Assembly (NCBI GenBank): GCA_964440935.1
Contig: CAYTTY010000014.1
Location: 12,311-76,310 of the forward strand
Length of the DNA stretch: 64,000 nt
Direction of reading: 5' to 3'
Origin: an uncultured Ignavibacteria bacterium
Lineage (GTDB): Bacteria > Zixibacteria > MSB-5A5 > WJJR01
Shown: one piece after another, positions 38,114 to 47,133 of the stretch
Position numbering within the stretch: position 1 is the first letter of the stretch
Layout of the letters: each line of letters opens with the position of its first letter
Translations under genes and position numbers: made by a program
Notes under the pieces: model-generated
Told to the model about the DNA's origin: nothing
The model's database searches: none
The model's input: only the letters and a program-made list of their open reading frames with translations

Positions 38114-38410
38114 ATGCCAGCCTACTTCTTCGTCGACATTCTCGAAATTACCGACGAAAACAAAATGGAAGAGTACCGTTCAAAAGTGGTCGCGTCAGTA
38201 GAACAGTACAACGGACGCTACGTCGTCTTAGGCGGCCAGTACGAACAGGTCGAAGGCGACTGGTGCCCCAAGTTTCCGGTGATGATTGAATTCGCCGACA
38301 AGGACCAGGTGAAACGCTGGTACAATTCCGCCGAGTATCGCGAGATCAAAGACCTGCGTATTGATGGCACTCGGTCGAACGCGGTAATTCTGGAGGGATT
38401 GCCAACGTAG
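38114..38410 (+). CDS. DUF1330 domain protein
   Basis: 98 aa, MPAYFFVDILEITDENKMEEYRSKV...VMIEFADKDQVKRWYNSAEYREI is typical of DUF1330. GGAGGTG RBS precedes the start. Confidence 0.8.
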   Translation: MPAYFFVDILEITDENKMEEYRSKVVASVEQYNGRYVVLGGQYEQVEGDWCPKFPVMIEFADKDQVKRWYNSAEYREIKDLRIDGTRSNAVILEGLPT

Positions 38411-38425
38411 ATACCGTGTTCATTG

Positions 38426-38638
38426 TCAAGGTGTGGTGTTCAGATAATTGGGTTGAAATGGTCGTTGGTGGATGAGTACGGCGCGGGCGAGGACCAGCAG
38501 TCGCCTCATGCATGCACCAATGACGAGCATGTTGGGTTTGCCGTTGTCTAGCAGGCGTTCGCCGGGATGACCAGCCGGTGGACCCGGCGGCGTTTCTGGG
38601 GGCGTCGTAAGACGTTGTCCCAATAAGCAGCGGCTCAC
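38426..38638 (-). pseudogene. Remnant of an IS110-family transposase C-terminus
   Basis: ...HPGERLLDNGKPNMLVIGACMRRLLVLARAVLIHQRPF resembles the conserved IS110/IS1111 C-terminal tail (..YQRLLA.GKP.KVALVACMRKLL.ILNAML). No N-terminal DEDD domain is present and the upstream frames are broken. Confidence 0.45.
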
Positions 38639-38785
38639 TCAATACAGGGAAATTGACCGAATCTATGCCGAAGGCCATGCGTTCCTGGTAGCATTCGTTT
38701 ATATTTGGTATACGTACAGTGTCTCATTTGAGCAAGTTGCAAAGCTTGAACGGATCTCAGGTCATTGTATCACACTCGCAAGATT

Positions 38786-41068
38786 ATGCGGACAGCGCGA
38801 TACCTTCTAAATCTAACTCTCGTTGTGTTGGCGATCGTGCTTCAGTACGGTGAAGTTGACGCTCGTCGAGTAGCGACTATCGACATCGATGACACCCGAT
38901 CCTCGACATACCTCCCTTTTGAGGTTCGCAAGATCGCTGGCACAGATTGGGAGACAACGAAGCGTCCCGTCCTTCATCCGGTTAAGGTGCCAGGCGTCTA
39001 CAAGGACAGCCAGCAGACTGCCTGGATAGTGATGGTCGCAAATCCAGCGATCAATCAGGATCAACCAGCCGGTGTTCATTTCGAGGACAGAGCGAGTGGT
39101 GATCGCTTCCGTGAAGCTCCGTTTTATTACACCGCTTGCGACTTCTGCGTATCCGGTGATTGGGAACAAGGTGACCTGGTGGCGATTGTCGGTTGCTACC
39201 GTCACGATTCGGCATTTGTGCTGAAAACAGGATTGTCGGATACAACTGCGATTCGGTATCTCGCATCCGGTACAGACGGAACTGGTGATGGCGAATGGCG
39301 GCCAGGCATCCCTTTCATTGCCCAGAACGATTACGATTTCGATGGTCGAGAAGAAGCGTTCTTCCAGGTCTTTTCCGCTCGTGATCCAGGGCCACGTGTT
39401 CTGTACTGCATTGAGATCGAGACTCTCGACATTGAATGGTCACTACCGGTTGCTTCCTCTGTGAGGCCTGGCAACCTTTTCGTGTGTGGAGATACGGCTG
39501 AGCCCGCGGTCATCTTCATCTCCTATGGGCCCCAGAACAAAGTCTCCGACGTCAATTTCAATGATGAATACGGTTACGTCACCGTAGTGGACGACCAGGG
39601 TGTGATACTCCACAATCAGGAGATCTCAAGTTCTCTGGCGACTCCTGTTCTCGGAACTGCTCAGGACGGTGGTTTCTATCTGTCGCACTCTCTGCCGCTG
39701 GACAGTGGAGAGCTCCGTGATCGACACGATACATCGGGACATTGGCTTAGCTTGATTACTGCTAATTTGACTTCTGTCCGCACCGTTCCGCTTGAAAGTG
39801 ATCTTCAAGATGTCTTGTGGCTTTTTGACTACGACAAAGATGGATACTTGGACCTGCATGCATTGTCTCGCGCTGGTGACGTATTGGTCTTTGACTCAAA
39901 TTTGAGTGTACTGGCTCGCGGCTATGCGCCGAGTTTGCAGTGCCATCTGGGCCGCATTCCGCTCGAAGGATATGATGACCCGGGACACGTGTTCCACACG
40001 TGGAACGGGACAGAGGTCTATTCAGCGCAATTCAAGAAGTTGGCTCAGTACAACGAACCAGCGACGGAATATCAGCCGATGGTGGTTGATCATGCCGGGA
40101 ATGTCCGTCAATTCATGTTGACGAATTGCAATGTGTACTATCATGTCGCAATTCAACGACGTGACGTGTTTGATCTCGCGAGAATCGCCTTCTGGGAGTA
40201 TCAGACCTATGTTCTGAGTGTTTTGTCTGCGGCTGTGGTAGCGCTGATATTGGTGAATCACTATCGCCGCAAGACCCGCAAGAACCTCGTGCTCATTAGA
40301 GAACAAAAGAACGAGCTGGAGGAGGTGCACCGGCAACTTCAGGACGCCCAAGAGGCAATCATCGCGCAAGAGAAGTACACACAGGCGAAGGACATCGCCG
40401 GCGGCTTCGCTCACGAGATCCGTAACGCACTACTTCCGGCCGAGGGGGCACTCGCGCGATTGGAACGAGCTGCAGATTCAGAGGCGCGAGCACCCCTGAC
40501 ACCAGAGGAGTACACCAGGCGGGCTCAACAAGCAGTCAGTCGGGCTCTCAAACTGACCCGCCTGATATCCACCTACACGAAGCTGGAGGCGTCCAAGCAG
40601 CCGGAGCCGGTCGATCTTGACGAGGTAATCGAAGAAGTTCTGGAGGCAGACAGGACACGTATTAGTGACCAAGGCGTCACGATCGAGAAGAATCTAAGGA
40701 AAATCAGACCAATCAGGGCCAACAAGCAGCAGTTGTATCTGTGCTTTAACAACCTGTTGCTCAACAGCTTGGATGCATTGACAGGGCGCCCGGATCCGCA
40801 TATACTGATCACAGTCGACGCTGGCAGTGATGCAGTTCGTGTGACGATTCAGGACAACGGCGTCGGTATCGCGCATCAGGATCTGTCGCGTGTCTTCGAC
40901 ACGTTTTACTCCACCAAGCCGAGCTCGGGTACCGGTCTCGGACTAACGATGGTCAAGAAGATTGTCGAAATGTACGATGGCACCATCGCCATCAACAGCG
41001 AGCCCGATTACTGGACGAGAGTCGATCTTACATTCGTTGCCTGGCCAGTGAACGAACAGAAGAGGTAG
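38786..41068 (+). CDS. Sensor histidine kinase with a large extracytoplasmic FG-GAP/beta-propeller-like domain
   Basis: N-terminal TM segment, about 450-aa periplasmic region with DYDFDGREE and DYDKDGYLD calcium-loop-like motifs, a second TM segment and a coiled coil. H-box is FAHEIRNAL and the ATPase region is NLLLNSLDAL...DNGVGI...GTGLGL. G+C is lower than in the flanking genes. Confidence 0.85.
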   Translation: MRTARYLLNLTLVVLAIVLQYGEVDARRVATIDIDDTRSSTYLPFEVRKIAGTDWETTKRPVLHPVKVPGVYKDSQQTAWIVMVANPAINQDQPAGVHFEDRASGDRFREAPFYYTACDFCVSGDWEQGDLVAIVGCYRHDSAFVLKTGLSDTTAIRYLASGTDGTGDGEWRPGIPFIAQNDYDFDGREEAFFQVFSARDPGPRVLYCIEIETLDIEWSLPVASSVRPGNLFVCGDTAEPAVIFISYGPQNKVSDVNFNDEYGYVTVVDDQGVILHNQEISSSLATPVLGTAQDGGFYLSHSLPLDSGELRDRHDTSGHWLSLITANLTSVRTVPLESDLQDVLWLFDYDKDGYLDLHALSRAGDVLVFDSNLSVLARGYAPSLQCHLGRIPLEGYDDPGHVFHTWNGTEVYSAQFKKLAQYNEPATEYQPMVVDHAGNVRQFMLTNCNVYYHVAIQRRDVFDLARIAFWEYQTYVLSVLSAAVVALILVNHYRRKTRKNLVLIREQKNELEEVHRQLQDAQEAIIAQEKYTQAKDIAGGFAHEIRNALLPAEGALARLERAADSEARAPLTPEEYTRRAQQAVSRALKLTRLISTYTKLEASKQPEPVDLDEVIEEVLEADRTRISDQGVTIEKNLRKIRPIRANKQQLYLCFNNLLLNSLDALTGRPDPHILITVDAGSDAVRVTIQDNGVGIAHQDLSRVFDTFYSTKPSSGTGLGLTMVKKIVEMYDGTIAINSEPDYWTRVDLTFVAWPVNEQKR

Positions 41069-41087
41069 CATCCGTCGAGCATCTGCC

Positions 41088-42458
41088 ATGTCCGCCCAGC
41101 TCCAAGCCAAAGTTCTTGTCGTCGATGACGATCCTCATGTTCTGGAAATGCTGGAAGATCTCCTGGCAGGTGACTACTCCATCGTGCTGGCCGATTCGGG
41201 TGAGAAGGCCGTTACGGTCGCGGAAGAACATGGAGATCTGGCCGCAGTGGTCATGGATATCAAGATGGCTCCGATGGATGGACTGGTTGCGGCCCGCAAG
41301 ATTCGGGAACTCCGGCCACAAACACGGGTCATTTTCCACACGGGATATCCGGGCGAGTATGCGGAGGCAACGATTGACAAGGAAGAGAAGCCGTTCGATT
41401 ATATTGAGAAGGGCGAGTCACTTCCGCGTCTTCTAAGATCTGTTCGAAATGCTGTTGAAGCATTCGATATCCAGACTTACAACGAGCGCCTGTTTGAACT
41501 GGCCGAGAGTGAATTTGGTATTATCGGCCGCTCCCGGGCGATGCGCGACGTGTTCGAGACGATCCGAAAGGTCGCGCCCACCGATACCAAGGTGATGATC
41601 CTCGGTGAGACCGGTACCGGCAAGGAGCTGGTGGCCAAGGCTATTCACCTGCAAAGCCGGCGCCGCGACAAACGGCTTGGCATTCTCAACTGCAACCACA
41701 AGAATCCCGATTTGATCGAGTCAGAGCTGTTCGGTCATGCCAAAGGGTCGTTCACCTCGGCGACCGGTGACCGCATTGGGCTCTTTGAGTACGCCAACGG
41801 CGGAACAGTATTTCTCGATGAGATCGGTGATCTGGACATGACATCGCAGGCCAAGCTGTTGCGTGTGCTGGAGACGGGAGAATACACAAAGGTCGGCCAG
41901 CCACAGACTTACACAACCGACGTTCGGTTGATCTGCGCCACGCATCGGGACTTGGAGGAGTTGACCAGGCAGCAGCGCTTCCGCGAGGATCTTCTGTATC
42001 GGCTGAAGGGGATCACAATTACGCTTCCCTCGCTGCGCGATAGGATTGAAGACATTCCTCGTCTCGTTGACAAGTTCGTCATGGACTGCACAAGTACGAA
42101 GAGCCTTTCCCCAAAGATCTTCGACCAGAGCGCCATCAATGCCCTCTTGCATCACAACTGGCCCGGCAATGTGAGGCAACTGCAGGACCAGGTTGAGCGA
42201 CTCATGGTATTGACTGATTCAGACATCATTCTGGCTGATGATGTCGAGCAGAGCCTCCGTACGAATACTCCAGCACACTCCGAATCACAATCACTTCCCC
42301 AGCGCCTCAAGAAGCTCGAGCGCATTCTCATCATCGAAGCCTTGTCCGGCACATGTGGCAATATCGCCGCTGCGGCCAATCTGCTCGGGATTGATCGGAC
42401 GACACTACAGAAGAAGCTCAAGCTGCACGATCTTGATGCAGATTCGTTTAGGGATTGA
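41088..42458 (+). CDS. Sigma54-dependent response regulator (REC, AAA+ activator domain, Fis-type HTH; NtrC family)
   Basis: VLVVDDDPHVL...MDIKMAPMDG (REC). GETGTGKELVAKAIH, ESELFGH and GSFTSA (a variant of GAFTGA) mark the AAA+ domain. NWPGNVRQL and a C-terminal HTH (GNIAAAANLLGIDRTTLQKKL) are also present. Confidence 0.9.
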   Translation: MSAQLQAKVLVVDDDPHVLEMLEDLLAGDYSIVLADSGEKAVTVAEEHGDLAAVVMDIKMAPMDGLVAARKIRELRPQTRVIFHTGYPGEYAEATIDKEEKPFDYIEKGESLPRLLRSVRNAVEAFDIQTYNERLFELAESEFGIIGRSRAMRDVFETIRKVAPTDTKVMILGETGTGKELVAKAIHLQSRRRDKRLGILNCNHKNPDLIESELFGHAKGSFTSATGDRIGLFEYANGGTVFLDEIGDLDMTSQAKLLRVLETGEYTKVGQPQTYTTDVRLICATHRDLEELTRQQRFREDLLYRLKGITITLPSLRDRIEDIPRLVDKFVMDCTSTKSLSPKIFDQSAINALLHHNWPGNVRQLQDQVERLMVLTDSDIILADDVEQSLRTNTPAHSESQSLPQRLKKLERILIIEALSGTCGNIAAAANLLGIDRTTLQKKLKLHDLDADSFRD

Positions 42459-42598
42459 CAATCTACAGATCTGCCAAATCGTAGTGCCTCACCACGCTAT
42501 TTTATCCCCGCTGTGAGGGAGACGATCACACCTCCAGACATGCAGAAACCTATCTCGTTTCCCAAAAACGAGATAGGGCGCGGTCCTGATAGGCTAAC

Positions 42599-42615
42599 CT
42601 GGCACGGTTTTTGAA
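42599..42615 (+). promoter_or_regulatory. Candidate sigma54 (-24/-12) promoter
   Basis: CTGGCACGGTTTTTGAA compared with the consensus TGGCAC-N5-TTGC(A/T). The -24 element is perfect and the -12 reads TTGA (GC->GA). It lies 140 nt downstream of the sigma54-dependent activator gene. Confidence 0.35.
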
Positions 42616-42770
42616 GTGTCCTGCAGTGGCTGAAACATCAAGTGAGCAGGTGTACCACCTGCTCACTACGTTTGAGACAAAGCGATGCGACTACAGATAC
42701 ATCAAAAGAACCTCGCAGTCGTTGGAATAAATGTGACAAGTCGCATGCCAATCGTCGTTACACTGGTGGC

Positions 42771-42952
42771 TATAGCAATTGTCAGAAGTATTTTCCGTTT
42801 CCATTGGGGTGCCACGCCCCTTCAGGCCCGTGGTTCCACATTCGGACGATCCCAGTTCACGGGCCTAAAGGCCCGTGGCACCCGAAAGTGAGTGTCAATG
42901 AAGCGGGGTCTCGCCTCTTATCAATCGGAACGGAATTATGACAATCGCTCTA
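42771..42952. mobile_element. Family-A TIR element, copy A4 (the empty reference for the nested insertion in A5)
   Basis: Termini are TATAGCAATTGTCAGAAGTATTTTCCGTTTCC ... GGAACGGAATTATGACAATCGCTCTA. The interior hairpins are CCACG.CCCTTCAGGCCCGTGG and CACGGGCCTAAAGGCCCGTG. Confidence 0.8.
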
Positions 42953-42983
42953 ATACCAAGCACAATATGGATGAGGTATCGAA

Positions 42984-43253
42984 ATGCGTCTGAATGCACT
43001 ACTGTCCAAGACAACGCTGGGATCAGAGACATCATCGTCGTCGAGTATTGTAACGAATCAAATCAGAGCATCGCAGGTCAATCGGATGACGAATTGTATT
43101 GGGGCAGGATCACTTGGCGCATTGGTTCCGACGAATGAAATTCTGATCGCAGATACAGTCGTGTCAGATGGTTCTGCTGAAGTAGAGGTCCCTCGCCGGT
43201 CCCACCACGGCCGGTGCGATGGTGTGCCGGCGGCGGTATGTAGAGGTCGCTGA
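42984..43253 (+). CDS. Orphan 89-aa ORF (hypothetical)
   Basis: ATG is preceded by a GAGGT RBS at 7-nt spacing. A strong + strand terminator lies 23 nt after the stop. There is no recognisable family, and the composition resembles the lower-GC kinase/regulator island. Confidence 0.3.
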   Translation: MRLNALLSKTTLGSETSSSSSIVTNQIRASQVNRMTNCIGAGSLGALVPTNEILIADTVVSDGSAEVEVPRRSHHGRCDGVPAAVCRGR

Positions 43254-43275
43254 GGCCGTCTACAGCGGGGGACGT

Positions 43276-43310
43276 GGCCCGTCGGTGCCAACCGGCGGGC
43301 CCGCGTTTTT
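43276..43310 (+). terminator. Rho-independent terminator
   Basis: GGCCCGTCGGT-gcca-ACCGGCGGGCC forms an 11-bp stem with one G-U pair, followed by cgcgTTTTT. The reverse strand has no T-tract. Confidence 0.65.
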
Positions 43311-43458
43311 AGGGGGGGCGTTTCCAATTAGGGTCTGTGTGGATGTGAACGGCCTTGTTCCAAGTTGTTGGTGAGTTGTGCGTGGCCCTGATGAGAAAAG
43401 CACTCATCAGGGCCACGTTCCGTTGAAACGGTTCGGGGGAGTTCGTGCACTGTCCTCC

Positions 43459-43510
43459 ACACCCGGCTGAAGCCGGGTGTCAAAGGGCATGAAGCCCGCT
43501 GAAGCGGGCT
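43459..43510. repeat. Family-F two-hairpin unit, copy 3
   Basis: CACCCGGCTGAAGCCGGGTG-tcaaagggcatga-AGCCCGCTGAAGCGGGCT. It is flanked by GGCCCTGATG...CATCAGGGCC-type hairpins at 43382-43416 and 43586-43615. Confidence 0.75.
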
Positions 43511-43627
43511 GGCGATGCCAATACGTGATTTGCAGAGACTTCAATTCAAACGTCTCGTGGCCATCTGAATGTGCGTTACGCAAGCCCTGATGGATAAAGC
43601 CCCATCGGGGCCACTTTTTTGTGTGGT

Positions 43628-43740
43628 GTCTGTGGTGTCACCCGCCCTCGGGTGACGCTTTGCCGGTCAGGAAGATGGCCGTCACGCGAGGGCGCGTGAC
43701 GGCACGCTGGAATCACACAGCGATTCTGACAACTGCTATA
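43628..43740. repeat. Family-A half element, copy A8 (one terminus only)
   Basis: The reverse complement aligns with the left half of A1 (GTCAGAA...GATTCCAGCGTGCC.GTCA.GCGCCC.CGCGTGACGGC...GCGTCACCCGAGGGCGGGTGAC). The terminus ATTCTGACAACTGCTATA ends 6 nt before the ABC permease stop. Confidence 0.7.
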
Positions 43741-43746
43741 GGATAT

Positions 43747-45216
43747 CTACTCACTCCGCAACGCCGCCACCGGATCCAGGCGCGCGGCCCGGGTAGCGGG
43801 GTAGAGGCCGGCGGCGATGCTGACGAGGATGCCGAAGGATAAGGCGAGCAGGATCAGCCAGATGGGTAGTGTGAAGGGATCGAAGGTGGGGATGTCTTTG
43901 CTTTCGAGGAAGCGTTGAAACGCAAATGAAATGATGCGGGTGGCGATCCAGCCGCACAATATGCCGAGCGCCGATCCGACGGCGCCAATTACACCCGATT
44001 CGACGAGGAACATCCACCTCACATCGCGTTCATCGGCGCCGAGTGAACGCAAAATGCCGATCTCCTTGCGGCGTTCAACAATCGACATCACCATTGTGTT
44101 GACAATACCCAGTGCGGCGGTGACCAGCGCGATCACGCCGATCATGCCCAGCATCAAGTTGAAATAGAAATAGAAGCGTTGAATTTCCTCGAATTGTTCG
44201 GCGTAACTGAAGACGCGAAAGCCCAATGTTTCGACGGAGTCTTTAATCTGTTTAAACGGGGTCATGGGATCAACGTCGAGTGTGACCTGTGTAAATGTGC
44301 GAGCGTCCTGGCTGGACGGATCGGCAAAGAGTTGGCCACGCTGCATGATGGCCAACAGGCTGGCGGGATCGGTGCCGATGCCGAATCCACTGGATGACAG
44401 TCGTCGTGCGATCCCAAGTGGCAGATACAACGATGCGCGTCCGGAACGCCGTCCCGGTGACGCATCGACAATGCCCGAAATGACCAATGTGTCATGGCGT
44501 GTGATACGCCGGTGAAGGTATCCGTCGATGAACCGGCGCACTCCTTCATTCAGCTCCTGTTGCAAAATGCGCCGACGGTAATCGGTGTGGAATAGTGAAT
44601 CAAACCGGATGGCTTTGAGCCGTTCCCAGAAGGCCTCTGATCCATCGTGCACGATGTTGATGAGGGCACTGTCGAAACTGGCGGCTTCGGTGGAGATTAC
44701 AATCTGCTGACCGACCAACGTGTCGCCCGTGTCCAATTCGAGTTCGTCCAGCAGCCGGTCGGTGACGATCACTTCGGTTGCTGTGTCGGAGTGGAAAACC
44801 GTTCCCACTTCCACATTCGACATTAATCCGGTTTCCATCGCGTCGGTGGGAATCGCTTGCGCGCGAACTGTGAGCGTTGTGTCAAGGACCGACACGCGTA
44901 CCTCTAAGGCGTCGTACGGATACGCCAGTTGGACACCGGGAACGTTGGCGATTTCTTGGAGTGCGTATTGATCGAGCGGACGCGGCTGCGCCGTGTCGGG
45001 GGCTTTGCTGTCGCGCTGCTGGTAGACGTGCATCGTGGTGAACCAGCCGAATTCGGTGTACTGGTCGGTAATGAACTTCTGGTTGCCGGCGCCGAAGGAG
45101 AGCATGGCGACAAAGGTCGCGATGGCGATCATCACCCCGGTGATGGTCAGCACGGCCCGCAGTTTGATGCGCAGCAAATTGCCGAACGCCTGCTCGATGA
45201 GATCGCGCAGTGTCAT
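43747..45216 (-). CDS. ABC transporter permease, FtsX/MacB type with a large periplasmic domain
   Basis: N-terminal TM segment (LRAVLTITGVMIAIATFVAMLS), about 250-aa periplasmic domain and a C-terminal FtsX 3-TM bundle. Confidence 0.88.
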   Translation of the reverse strand: MTLRDLIEQAFGNLLRIKLRAVLTITGVMIAIATFVAMLSFGAGNQKFITDQYTEFGWFTTMHVYQQRDSKAPDTAQPRPLDQYALQEIANVPGVQLAYPYDALEVRVSVLDTTLTVRAQAIPTDAMETGLMSNVEVGTVFHSDTATEVIVTDRLLDELELDTGDTLVGQQIVISTEAASFDSALINIVHDGSEAFWERLKAIRFDSLFHTDYRRRILQQELNEGVRRFIDGYLHRRITRHDTLVISGIVDASPGRRSGRASLYLPLGIARRLSSSGFGIGTDPASLLAIMQRGQLFADPSSQDARTFTQVTLDVDPMTPFKQIKDSVETLGFRVFSYAEQFEEIQRFYFYFNLMLGMIGVIALVTAALGIVNTMVMSIVERRKEIGILRSLGADERDVRWMFLVESGVIGAVGSALGILCGWIATRIISFAFQRFLESKDIPTFDPFTLPIWLILLALSFGILVSIAAGLYPATRAARLDPVAALRSE

Positions 45217-45929
45217 GCCGTCTCCCGCTCGCCTTCGGCGTCGATTTTGCCGTACACCATGCGGATGGACCGTCGCGCCGTGCGACGCGCCAGGTCCAGG
45301 TCGTGGGTGACCATGATGATGGTCATCCCGTCGCGGTTGAGCGATGTGAGCAGGGCGGCGATGGATTCGGTGTTGTCGTGATCGAGATTCCCGGTGGGTT
45401 CATCGGCAAAGATGATGTCGGGTTCCTTGACCAGCGCGCGTGCGATTGCGACGCGTTGTTGCTCGCCGCCGGAGAGATCGGCCGGGCGATGGTCGGCACG
45501 GTCGGCGATACCGAGGCGGTCGAGGATCTGTTCGGCGCGTTTGCGCCGCTCGACCTTGGCCACACCATTGAACAACATCGCCGCCTCAACATTGCGCAGG
45601 GCCGTCTGGTGCGGCAGCAGGTTGAACGACTGAAAGATGATGCCAACCCGCCGCGCGCGGAATTCGGCCAGCTCACGTCGTGAAATCGCCGTCAGTGTCT
45701 GGGAGCCGATGCGAATCTCGCCGGACGTCGGTGTGTCGAGTCCGGCGAGCAGATTGAGCAGTGTCGATTTGCCCGAGCCCGATGCACCGACAACGGCGAG
45801 AAACTCACCTTGGGCGATATCGAGACTGACATCGTCGACGGCGCGGACCTCATGGGTGCCGCGCTGGTACATGCGGCTGAGGTGGGAAGCGGTGATCCAA
45901 GCGTCGGGTGACATAGCCGGCTCTTGCAT
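45213..45929 (-). CDS. ABC transporter ATP-binding protein (MacB/LolD type)
   Basis: Walker A is [12 protein letters not shown], the signature is [15 protein letters not shown] and Walker B is [12 protein letters not shown]. There is a 4-nt overlap with the permease gene. Confidence 0.95.
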   Translation of the reverse strand: MQEPAMSPDAWITASHLSRMYQRGTHEVRAVDDVSLDIAQGEFLAVVGASGSGKSTLLNLLAGLDTPTSGEIRIGSQTLTAISRRELAEFRARRVGIIFQSFNLLPHQTALRNVEAAMLFNGVAKVERRKRAEQILDRLGIADRADHRPADLSGGEQQRVAIARALVKEPDIIFADEPTGNLDHDNTESIAALLTSLNRDGMTIIMVTHDLDLARRTARRSIRMVYGKIDAEGERETA

Positions 45930-46000
45930 TGACTCCGGGCCAATTCAATACGACGCATCTTTTCACACAAGTGCTTACCGCATCGATGCCGGCCTTGTTG

Positions 46001-46600
46001 TCACGGGACCGTAATGACCAAACCCTTACAGTCGTCGGTCCCCCGCCGCATATAGGCATGACGAACAGTTGAATCAAAGTACACCGAGTCGCCCGCGTTG
46101 ATCTCGCGCGGTTCCTCATCATAGAAAATCGTGAGCTGTCCGGAGATGAGGTAGAGGAACTCGATGCCTTCGTGCTCGTGGTAGTTGTGCTTCCCCGGTG
46201 GATTCGGGATTTCCTCGAAGTAGGCCAAGTAGGCGCTCAGTGCCCGTTCAACGGCTTCGTAGTCAAGACTCTCAAATCGGTACGGCACCACACCATTGCG
46301 GATCTTGCTGTCGGCCGGGAATTGAATACGGTCCTCTTTGCGGACGATGGCGAAGACGGGCCTGGGTGTCTCTGAAGTGAAGAAGAACTCCAGACCGACA
46401 CTGAAGACCATCGCCAGCCGCAGTAGAGTCGGCAGGGTGGGATACAGAAGTCCACGCTCGATCTTCGAGATCATGGCCGGAGAGAGGCCCGAGTGCTCCC
46501 CCAATTCGACCAGACCGATTTTCTTCTTAAGACGCAGTGCGCGCAACTTGGGGCCGATTTCGTACCGATTCAGCCCTTCTACCAGCGTGTCAGACAGCAT
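46001..46600 (-). CDS. XRE-family transcriptional regulator with a C-terminal cupin domain
   Basis: HTH_3 region is IGPKLRALRLKKKIGLVELGEHSGLSPAMISKIERG. The cupin_2 region is ...HEHEGIEFLYLISGQLTI...GDSVYFDS..H. Confidence 0.88.
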   Translation of the reverse strand: MLSDTLVEGLNRYEIGPKLRALRLKKKIGLVELGEHSGLSPAMISKIERGLLYPTLPTLLRLAMVFSVGLEFFFTSETPRPVFAIVRKEDRIQFPADSKIRNGVVPYRFESLDYEAVERALSAYLAYFEEIPNPPGKHNYHEHEGIEFLYLISGQLTIFYDEEPREINAGDSVYFDSTVRHAYMRRGTDDCKGLVITVP

Positions 46601-46673
46601 TTTTCAGTCTCCTTAGCATCTCAGTAAAATAGGCATCAGATCTTTTCACCGCAATCACATCATCTTTAATTTT

Positions 46674-46686
46674 ACGAAATTTTCGT
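46674..46686. promoter_or_regulatory. Perfect 13-bp palindrome in the divergent spacer (candidate XRE operator)
   Basis: ACGAAA-T-TTTCGT sits in the AT-rich spacer between the XRE-cupin gene and the DUF378 gene. Confidence 0.3.
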
Positions 46687-46773
46687 TCAACTCAATTGAC
46701 TTTTCCTCGTAAATAAGTTCAGATCAATCAAACGGGATTGATCGGAGCGAAAAGAGCCGAAGGAGGAAGAGAG

Positions 46774-46974
46774 ATGAAAGCACTTGGGATTATCACCATC
46801 GCCCTGATCGTGATCGGCGGGTTGAACTGGGGACTGGTTGGGTTCCTGAAGTTCGATCTGGTGGCCGCGGTTTTTGGGGAGATGAGTTCGGTGGCGCGGT
46901 TGGTCTACGCCTTAGTCGGGATCAGCGCCATCTATCAATTGCTGCGCATCAAGAACGTCGCCGAGGTCCAGTAG
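46774..46974 (+). CDS. DUF378 small membrane protein
   Basis: 66 aa, ALIVIGGLNWGLVGF...DLVAAVFG......R..Y.LVG.SA is the DUF378 signature. AGGAGG RBS precedes the start. Confidence 0.8.
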   Translation: MKALGIITIALIVIGGLNWGLVGFLKFDLVAAVFGEMSSVARLVYALVGISAIYQLLRIKNVAEVQ

Positions 46975-47133
46975 GGCCCGGTGCTCACACAAGACAACCA
47001 CAAACCAATGACGCGAATTGGTCGGTGTCGGTGCCGTAGGGGATTCTAAGGTGAGAGAATCGCCATTGTTATACAGCTCGCTCTTCTTCCGGCAACCCTG
47101 CGGCTCCCGGCCCGATCACAGGAGGATTGTACG

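Noticed and set aside
43382-43440. Hammerhead-ribozyme-like CUGAUGAG ... GAAAC
   Set aside because: CUGAUGAG is simply one arm of the perfect hairpin CCCTGATGAG/CTCATCAGGG. No stem II follows it and no stem I/III arrangement can be drawn.
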